Of a stretch of DNA of 64,000 nt, positions 57,451 through 64,000 are shown one piece after another (within the stretch, counting starts at the first letter, position 1; every line of letters starts with the position of its first letter). Source of the DNA: Candidatus Methanomethylicia archaeon. GTDB lineage: Archaea > Thermoproteota > Methanomethylicia > Nezhaarchaeales > B40-G2. The notes under the pieces are model-generated. The model saw only the letters and a program-made list of their open reading frames with translations, ran no database searches and was not told the DNA's origin. The position numbers and the translations under genes are program-made. Location of the stretch: assembly GCA_029259155.1 (NCBI GenBank), contig JAPDJI010000009.1:1-64000 (forward strand), read 5' to 3'.

Positions 57451-57963
57451 GTGGTAAGTTTGAAGAAGCTGGTCTTCCGCCCAGAACGCTGCACAGGGTG
57501 TAGAGCATGTGAGCTAGCGTGCAGCTTCTTCTGCGACGGCGTGTTTTCACCGACGAGGTCTAGGATCAGGGTGGTTAGGATTGACGAGGAGGGCATTGAT
57601 GTACCTATAGGCTGCGCACACTGCGATAACGCCCCTTGCATGTTGGTATGTCCATCCCCACTAGCCATGTATAGGGATAAAGACACGGGCGCCGTTGTCA
57701 TAAATGTGGATGCTTGCATAGGCTGTAGGTCTTGTATGTTAATATGCCCCTTCGGCGCTATAAATCATGACGCGGAAAAAGGCTTCTGCTACAAGTGCGA
57801 CCTCTGTCACGGTGACCCAGAGTGCGTTAAGTGGTGTTTCACTAAGGCCATAGAGTACGTGGAGGACGAGGAGATACGTAGAAGTAAGCGTTCACGCGTA
57901 GCTGAGGAGGTAGCTAAGGTATCGTTAGAGGCAGCTAGGTTCATTAAGCCTGGTAAGGGGTGA
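57451..57963 (+). CDS. 4x[4Fe-4S] electron-transfer subunit (AorA/DmsB-like)
   Basis: CTGCRACELAC, CAHCDNAPCMLVCP, CIGCRSCMLICP, KCDLC..PECVKWC. Confidence 0.92.
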   Translation: MVSLKKLVFRPERCTGCRACELACSFFCDGVFSPTRSRIRVVRIDEEGIDVPIGCAHCDNAPCMLVCPSPLAMYRDKDTGAVVINVDACIGCRSCMLICPFGAINHDAEKGFCYKCDLCHGDPECVKWCFTKAIEYVEDEEIRRSKRSRVAEEVAKVSLEAARFIKPGKG

Positions 57964-59975
57964 GATTGGTGGCAGGTAAGCTTGGAGGATATGCTGGGCA
58001 ACTTCTTAGAATAGACCTGACCAATGGTGTAATTAAGAAAGTACCACTTTCCAAGGAAGTATGCATTAAGTTTATAGGTGGAAGGGGCAGGGATGCCAAG
58101 GTACTCTTCGATGAGCTACCGCCTGAGGTAGACCCTTTAAGCCCAGACAACATACTATGCATCTCTACGGGCCCCATAACCGGTCTCTTGGGGCCTACTA
58201 CAGGCAGAGTAAATGTGGCAACTAAGTCGCCTCTCACGGGTATCTACGGAAACTCCAACGCAGGCGCCCACTGGGGTGCAGAGCTAAAATATGCAGGATA
58301 CGATGGCATTATAATCACAGGCAAGGCTTCTAAGCCTGTCTACATATACATAGAGGACGACCTAGTGGAGATAAAGGACGCCAGCCACCTTTGGGGTAAA
58401 GGTACCTACGAAACTACTAGCATTCTTCAAAAAGATCATAGAGGCTACGACACCAAGGTAGCTGCCATAGGCCCTGCCGCTGAGAACGGCGTGCTATATG
58501 GGTCAGTGATCTTCGACTACTGGGATGCTGCGGGCAGAACAGGCACAGGCACTGTGATGGCTTCTAAGAACCTTAAAGCCATAGCGGTCACGGGCACCGG
58601 CTCCCTAACTGTAGCCAACCCTAGGAGATACGCGGAGGTAGCCAAAGAGGCTTGGCAGGCCCTCATGGAAGACCCAGGCTTCCAGACGCAGGAACATGCA
58701 GCTTTAGGCACGCTGGTGGTGCTAGGGTTAGGTAATGCGCAGGGCTGGCTTCCAACGAGAAACTTTCGAGAAACGGTCTTCGAGCTGGCTGATGAAGTTA
58801 GCGGTGAGGCTTTCAGAGACCGCTTCTCGACGAGACCTGCACCCATACCAGCCGGTCGGGCCTGCCTATCATGTCCTAACAGGTGTAAGAGATTTGGAAG
58901 GATAACCTCAGGTAAGTACGCCGGGACTAAAGGCAACATAGAGTTCGAGGGCGTAGCCGCCTTTGGCCCTAAGTGTGGTGTAGGGGACCTTGAAGCGGTC
59001 TACCACGCCTACATGCTGGCCAACGACTATGGCATGGACTGCATCAGCTGCGGCAACACCATAGCGTTATTCATGGAGCTTCACGAAGAAGGGATCCTGA
59101 CCCATGACGAGCTCGAAGGCTTAGACCTACACTTCGGGGATGCTGACGCCATGGTGGAGATGGTCCACCGCATCGCTAAGCGTGAAGGCAAGCTAGGCGA
59201 GCTGGGAGGCTTAGGAGAAGAACTAGCAGCCAAGAGGATAGGTAGAGGCGCCGAAAACTACACCACCACCATCAAGGGCATGGGTACCATAGGCACTGAC
59301 CCAAGGGTAGCTAAGGGCTTCGGCTTCGGCTTCGCTGTAGCGAGTAGAGGCTCTGATCACTTAAGGGCTCACCCAGTCTTCGAGATGATCAAGTACCCGC
59401 CAGGCGTAGCTGAAGAGCTCTTCGGAGCAAAGGAGGCCGGAGAGCTGAGCAAGTATGAAGGTAAGGTCAGGCTAGTGTTCTTCCACGAAAATATGGCCGC
59501 GATCACCGATTCCATGGGCACATGTAGGTTCATGCACGCCTCGTTCTACGCCGAGTATCCTATACCTGAGATCCTCGCCAAGTACCTTAAGAAGAAGGGC
59601 CCGGTCTACTCGATCAAGTACCATGAATGGCTATCAGCAGCCACCGGATTAAACTTCACCTACGAGGACTTAATGAAAACTGGGGAGAGAATCATAAACC
59701 TTGAGAGAGCGCTCAACGTAAGGTTCGGCATAAGGAGAGAACACGACACGCTACCTAAGCGCTTCTTAACGCAACCCGTACCGACAGGCCCCTACAAGGG
59801 AACAGTGTTCAGCCAGGAGAAGCTTGATGAAATGTTAGATGAGTACTACGACCTGAGGGGCTGGGAGCGCGAAACAGGTTTACCCTACAGAGAGAGCCTC
59901 GTAGAACTAGGGCTAGAAGACGTGGCAGAAGACCTTGAACGTAGAGGGCTAGTAGCGACAAGGATAAAGGAGTGA
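57960..59975 (+). CDS. Tungsten aldehyde:ferredoxin oxidoreductase (AOR/WOR family)
   Basis: KSPLTG, ELKYAGYDG, GTVMASKNLKAI, CLSCPNRC, IEFEG, NDYGMD, RGSDHL, DSMGTC, YYDLRGW. Confidence 0.93.
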   Translation: MRLVAGKLGGYAGQLLRIDLTNGVIKKVPLSKEVCIKFIGGRGRDAKVLFDELPPEVDPLSPDNILCISTGPITGLLGPTTGRVNVATKSPLTGIYGNSNAGAHWGAELKYAGYDGIIITGKASKPVYIYIEDDLVEIKDASHLWGKGTYETTSILQKDHRGYDTKVAAIGPAAENGVLYGSVIFDYWDAAGRTGTGTVMASKNLKAIAVTGTGSLTVANPRRYAEVAKEAWQALMEDPGFQTQEHAALGTLVVLGLGNAQGWLPTRNFRETVFELADEVSGEAFRDRFSTRPAPIPAGRACLSCPNRCKRFGRITSGKYAGTKGNIEFEGVAAFGPKCGVGDLEAVYHAYMLANDYGMDCISCGNTIALFMELHEEGILTHDELEGLDLHFGDADAMVEMVHRIAKREGKLGELGGLGEELAAKRIGRGAENYTTTIKGMGTIGTDPRVAKGFGFGFAVASRGSDHLRAHPVFEMIKYPPGVAEELFGAKEAGELSKYEGKVRLVFFHENMAAITDSMGTCRFMHASFYAEYPIPEILAKYLKKKGPVYSIKYHEWLSAATGLNFTYEDLMKTGERIINLERALNVRFGIRREHDTLPKRFLTQPVPTGPYKGTVFSQEKLDEMLDEYYDLRGWERETGLPYRESLVELGLEDVAEDLERRGLVATRIKE

Positions 59976-60001
59976 ACAGCCTTAAATTGGAGGGATGAAG
60001 C

Positions 60002-60181
60002 GTGCCTTACTGTAGGATTTGCGGTAGAAGGATAGAGCTCTCCACTACAGGAGTGAAGGTATACAAGTGTAGATGGTGTGGTAAGATAGTCTGTCGCGAC
60101 GACTATGACCTTGTAAGGAACCTATGCGTTGAGTGCTCGGGAGCGAAGGCTAGGAGAGGCGTGGCGGCGAGGGCACGGTGA
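60002..60181 (+). CDS. Small zinc-finger protein (59 aa, not in ORF track)
   Basis: GGAGGGA site, GTG start: MPYCRICG..YKCRWCGKIVCRDD..LCVEC..; its TGA overlaps the next GTGATG. Confidence 0.75.
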   Translation: MPYCRICGRRIELSTTGVKVYKCRWCGKIVCRDDYDLVRNLCVECSGAKARRGVAARAR

Positions 60182-60435
60182 TGCCCCTCGTCACCGTAAA
60201 ATACCTTACTGTTTTCTCCAATATTACCGGGAAACGAGAGGAAAAAGTTAAGTTAAATGAAGGTTCTAAGCTACGTGACTTGGCATTTCAGCTCTACAAG
60301 AAATATGGACGAGAATTTGAGGATCATGCAAAGCATGCCTTATTTTTAGTTAATGGTCGTCAAGTGGACATGGATGAACCATTAGGCCACGGTGACACCG
60401 TCGCGATATCATACCCAGTAGGGGGAGGGGCTTAG
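60178..60435 (+). CDS. MoaD/ThiS/SAMP ubiquitin-like protein
   Basis: VTVKYL..ITGKREE..LVNGR..LGHGDTVAISYPVGGGA. Confidence 0.88.
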   Translation: MMPLVTVKYLTVFSNITGKREEKVKLNEGSKLRDLAFQLYKKYGREFEDHAKHALFLVNGRQVDMDEPLGHGDTVAISYPVGGGA

Positions 60436-60527
60436 ACGATGTCAACCGACTATATAGGAAGCTCAAAAGCGTAAGGTCTAGGCTCAGGCTGAGGGCTAGA
60501 GAACCTAAGAGAACTGCATCTCAGGGA

Positions 60528-60707
60528 GACCCTGAAGGCACCGTCCTATGGGAGGTTGGACTTCCAAGGCTGCCTAGATGCGCCGATTTGGCGATAACCC
60601 TCGATGGCGAGTACGCCGCCCAAGGCTCCGAGTACCCGGGGTTCTGCTTCGTTGGGGATAGGGGCTACGTGGAAGGGCCCATCCGCCTACACCGAAGCCG
60701 CCAATAG
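60528..60707 (+). pseudogene. Fragment of a PQQ/WD40-like beta-propeller gene
   Basis: Start-less open frame DPEGTVLWEVGLP..ADLAITLDGEYAAQGS..* in a GC-rich patch. Confidence 0.45.
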
Positions 60708-61106
60708 TTGTCGAGGTGGTCGAGGGGCCGCCTCTGAAGTGGCGCGCTAGGCGAGTCAACGAGGCGAGGTCCTTTAAGATGCTTGAGGATGGAAGCTTGC
60801 CCCCTTAGTCTCCACGGCGCCATGGCCACTACCGTAGTAATGGCGCTGATCGCTACGGCTACCTACTAGCTTCAATCTTAGGAGAAGATCATAAACGAGC
60901 AGGGCACTTGCTTCATACATTCCTATTGCTAGCCCGTTCTCAGGCGATGATGTGATACGTGCAGACCACTCGTCAGCTCCTGTAAACACCTCGCAATCAT
61001 CGTCTCAGTATCTTATGTATTGAACTATATAGCATCATTAGAATATTTATGATATCTCTAGAATACTGCCATAACTCTTATTAAGGTTACCATCAAGAAT
61101 AAATAT

Positions 61107-62144
61107 TTGATGACAACCAGTCGTGAAGGCTGGGGGAAGAGCGTCGCTATCCTAGCAGCGCTGGTAGTTGCCGTATCATTGATCTTCGTCATCAACGCGC
61201 TTCAGCCCAAGGCGGTGGAGATCCGTCTCTCCGGGTCTACTACTCTCTACCCTCTTGCCACAAAGTGGGCGGAGGAATACATGCAGAAGAATCCTAATTA
61301 TAGGATTGACGTGTCTGGGGGTGGGTCCGGCAAGGGGATTAGCGACGTAGCGCAGAACCTCGTGGACATAGGCATGTCCTCGCGGCCTTTGAAGAGCGAA
61401 GAACTCGAGGAGTATCCTTCGCTAATCCCCATCCCCGTTGCCCACGACGCAGTAATGATCATCGTAAATTCTAGGAACCCCTTGCTCCACACATTGCTGG
61501 AAAAGGGGGTTTCAAGGCATACTCTCTTCAAAATTTACGTCGAGGGCTCTCTTAAGAGCTGGGAATACGTTGCTGGCGTTGACCTAGATGGAGATAAATA
61601 CATAGGGTACAACGAGACCCACGCATTTAACCCTGAAACCGGTCTCCTTGAGTATATGCCCAGCGATTACGCGTTTCCTGCAAGCTATGAGATTCATCCC
61701 GTCACGAGAAGCGATGCATCTGGAACCGCGGAAACTTTCGCTGAATTTCTTGGAGTAAGCCAGGAAGACCTTGAGGGTGTGGGTGTCCTCGGCAATCCAG
61801 GTGTCCTTCAAACGGTAGCAGGCGACCCGCTTGCAATAGGATACGTGGGCCTTGCCTTTGCCTTTAAGGAGGGGATATGCGCTTTGCCGGTTGACGCTAA
61901 CGATAACGGACTTATTGAGGTGCACGAACGTGCAGATAGCGAGGCTCACGTTGCTAGCCACATAGCTGACTATCCAATCTCGAGAGCCTTGTTCTTCGTA
62001 GTTAATGGTAAGCCTCCAAAGGAGGTTGCCGACTTCATTCAGTCGTGCCTAACAGAAGGACAGGAGTATGTAAGCGAGGTCGGCTACGTCCCACTCACAT
62101 CAGAGGAAGTTGAAGAATCTCTAGAACTAATCCGCGGGGAGTGA
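61107..62144 (+). CDS. pstS: Phosphate ABC transporter substrate-binding protein
   Basis: SGSTTLYP, GGGSGKGI, DIGMSSR, RSDASGTAETF, AIGYV, YPISRAL. Confidence 0.95.
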   Translation: MMTTSREGWGKSVAILAALVVAVSLIFVINALQPKAVEIRLSGSTTLYPLATKWAEEYMQKNPNYRIDVSGGGSGKGISDVAQNLVDIGMSSRPLKSEELEEYPSLIPIPVAHDAVMIIVNSRNPLLHTLLEKGVSRHTLFKIYVEGSLKSWEYVAGVDLDGDKYIGYNETHAFNPETGLLEYMPSDYAFPASYEIHPVTRSDASGTAETFAEFLGVSQEDLEGVGVLGNPGVLQTVAGDPLAIGYVGLAFAFKEGICALPVDANDNGLIEVHERADSEAHVASHIADYPISRALFFVVNGKPPKEVADFIQSCLTEGQEYVSEVGYVPLTSEEVEESLELIRGE

Positions 62145-63127
62145 TGGCAACGTCCATCAAAAACCCCCACACATTTTTTAACTTTCAAGAAAAGGGTGAT
62201 TCCCGCAGTCTACGCAGTAAAATTGACAAGCTGTCGACATGCTTTTTAGCGATAGCCTCAGTTTCATCAATCTTCGCGGCCTCATCTATCGCAGCCCTCC
62301 TCCTATACAACTTCGTGAAATTCTGTGAACAAGGTTTTCTTCCGAACATTCTCTCCGATGCGTGGCTTCCCAGTAAGGAAAAATATGGTTTCCTTCCATT
62401 CATAGCCGGAACCCTATGGATTACCGTTGTCGCAATGACCATTTCCTTACCATTAGGCTTCCTCACCGCGATCTTCATGGCAGAATACATTCCACGGAAA
62501 CTGTACTCACCTGTTAAATCGCTTATTGAACTTCTAGCAGGAATTCCATCCGTAGTTTATGGTATGTGGGGGTTAATGATCTTAATACCTCTTGTGAGAG
62601 ATCACCTCGCTCCTCTTATAGGAGGTAGCCTCGGCGAGGCTCTCCCTATATTTAGGGTTAACGTTAACGCTGGCTTCAGCGTTCTCGCAGCGGGGATCGT
62701 TCTATCGATAATGGTGCTTCCAATAATGATCTCCATATCGGAGGAGGTCATGCGTGCGGTTCCCATGGAATATCGTGAAGCAGCCTTGGCTCTAGGCGCC
62801 ACTAGATGGCAAACAGTTAAGACAGTAACTTTACGACAGGCGTCTTCCGGCATCTTCGCCGGCATCATCCTCTCCTTCTGCCGTGCATTTGGGGAAACCA
62901 TGGCTGTGTTGATGGTTGCTGGAAACGTGGCTACGACCCCTTCTTCACTATTTGACCCAGCTTATCCGCTTACAGCTCTCATTGCAAACCACCTTCTAGA
63001 AATGCTGTCTACTCCATCCTATGCTTATGCACTACTAACTGCTGGCTTCACACTGTTTACGATCACCTTTTCTTTCAATGTTGTTGCTAGGTTGACCATC
63101 CGCCAGCTAAGGAGAGCGAGGCGATAG
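62141..63127 (+). CDS. pstC: Phosphate ABC transporter permease PstC
   Basis: ELLAGIPSVVYGMWG, REAALALGATRWQT, RAFGETMAV. Confidence 0.95.
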   Translation: MMATSIKNPHTFFNFQEKGDSRSLRSKIDKLSTCFLAIASVSSIFAASSIAALLLYNFVKFCEQGFLPNILSDAWLPSKEKYGFLPFIAGTLWITVVAMTISLPLGFLTAIFMAEYIPRKLYSPVKSLIELLAGIPSVVYGMWGLMILIPLVRDHLAPLIGGSLGEALPIFRVNVNAGFSVLAAGIVLSIMVLPIMISISEEVMRAVPMEYREAALALGATRWQTVKTVTLRQASSGIFAGIILSFCRAFGETMAVLMVAGNVATTPSSLFDPAYPLTALIANHLLEMLSTPSYAYALLTAGFTLFTITFSFNVVARLTIRQLRRARR

Positions 63128-63129
63128 CT

Positions 63130-63972
63130 ATGCGCAAAGCGATGTTGGAGGAGAAGCTATTAAGGCTCATCATGGTGCTGGCGACTGCCGTTGTACTCGG
63201 CTCTCTTCTAGTGATCTTAGTGGATGTTGTAAGAAGAGGGGTTACCGCTCTCTCGCCGTCAATGCTCATTGAACTACCCAGAGATGGTGGGCGAGGGGGA
63301 GGGCTCCTCAATGCTATAGTGGGCTCCCTTTATATATCAACTCTAGCTACGCTATTTTCAGCTTCAGTCGGTGTTCCCGCTGGGCTCTACATCGCAGAGT
63401 TTGAGGGTAAGTCTAGAATTGCACGGACGGCCAGCTTCGTAGCTGAAGTACTATCGGGGGTACCTTCCATAATCTTCGGGGTTTACGGCTTTGTTTTCTT
63501 CGTAATAATGCTGAACATGGGGGTCTCCTTGCTTGCTGGAGCCCTCACACTGGCCTATTTGGAACTACCCATAATAATCAAGGCTACGGAGGAAACTGTG
63601 AAGCTAGTGCCCTCACACGTTAAAGAAGCTGCATTATCCCTTGGGGCTACTCGATGGGAGGTCCTATCTAAAGTCACTCTTCGCCAAGCCTCCCCGGGCA
63701 TAGCGACTGCGGTGCTCTTAGCGTTCGCCCGCGGAGCTGGAGAAGCGGCCCCCCTCATGTTTACCTCTGGCTACAGCAACTTCGTACCAAGCTCTCTCCT
63801 GAGCCCAGCAGCAAACCTGCCTCTAGCCGTCTACTACTTGATCATGATGCCATTTCCTGAAGCCCACAAGAGAGCCTTCGCAGCTGCCTTCATCTTGACG
63901 ATGATGGTTCTCTCCGTGAACTGGAGCTCTAGGATTGTCTTTAAGAGGTGGGGCCGATATGTCGTTAAGTAA
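63130..63972 (+). CDS. pstA: Phosphate ABC transporter permease PstA
   Basis: GGLLNAIVGS, GVPSIIFG, EAALSLGATRW, ARGAGEAAPL. Confidence 0.95.
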   Translation: MRKAMLEEKLLRLIMVLATAVVLGSLLVILVDVVRRGVTALSPSMLIELPRDGGRGGGLLNAIVGSLYISTLATLFSASVGVPAGLYIAEFEGKSRIARTASFVAEVLSGVPSIIFGVYGFVFFVIMLNMGVSLLAGALTLAYLELPIIIKATEETVKLVPSHVKEAALSLGATRWEVLSKVTLRQASPGIATAVLLAFARGAGEAAPLMFTSGYSNFVPSSLLSPAANLPLAVYYLIMMPFPEAHKRAFAAAFILTMMVLSVNWSSRIVFKRWGRYVVK

Positions 63973-64000
63973 GGGCCTCATCACCTTACGGCCCTCTCGA

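Noticed and set aside
57960-59975. Class II benzoyl-CoA reductase BamB
   Set aside because: Keeps the AOR-type Glu motif (IEFEG) and lacks the BamB Cys-ligand segment
60480-60780. GC-rich intergenic patch considered as RNase P RNA, SRP RNA or a riboswitch (GCAGAACCCCGG on the minus strand)
   Set aside because: No GAGGAA(A)GUCC partner or SRP helix-8 motif; the plus frame reads as a beta-propeller remnant
60774-60989. 71-aa minus-strand ORF
   Set aside because: No recognisable motif; lies in a degraded region
63959-64000. Possible start of pstB overlapping the pstA end
   Set aside because: Only 14 codons visible; expected from operon order but not supportable from sequence
1-64000. CRISPR arrays, tRNA/rRNA genes, transposases, defence systems
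   Set aside because: None recognised on reading; short or intron-containing RNAs could have been missed without tRNAscan or Infernal

Overview
Gene-dense chromosomal region of an anaerobic archaeon, probably thermophilic and TACK/Thermoproteota-like (inferred from archaeal protein families, TATA-like promoters, GGAGG/GGTGA ribosome sites and many TTG starts). I saw no rRNA, tRNA, CRISPR array or intact mobile element. The main theme is anaerobic catabolism of aromatic or heterocyclic compounds. (1) 43.9-56.1 kb holds hydantoinase A/B, acyl-CoA dehydrogenase, a two-subunit B12 mutase with an altered active site, CoA transferase, CoA ligase, CobO and 3-hydroxyacyl-CoA dehydrogenase, matching the gene content of the anaerobic indole-3-acetate (iaa) pathway; a tungsten AOR module lies next to it. 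(2) Benzoyl-CoA-pathway-like genes are scattered through the window: an Oah/BamA-like hydrolase, thiolase + DUF35, a dienoyl-CoA-oxidase-like flavoenzyme + small partner + ferredoxin, and PaaI. (3) An operon of HdrA, HdrA-MvhD, HdrD-like, cytochrome b and HdrD-like genes resembles a Qmo/HdrDE hybrid. Also present: a cNMP-CBS-nucleotidyltransferase (DUF294) + DEDDh nuclease pair beside three Na+:solute symporters, each with a tiny upstream membrane peptide; a structured SscA-like RNA leader before a queT pseudogene; a cohesin/CFI-box surface protein; Trk, MscS and Pst transporters; AcnX; heme o synthase; and four decaying pseudogenes. All functional calls come from reading motifs by eye; no database search was run.
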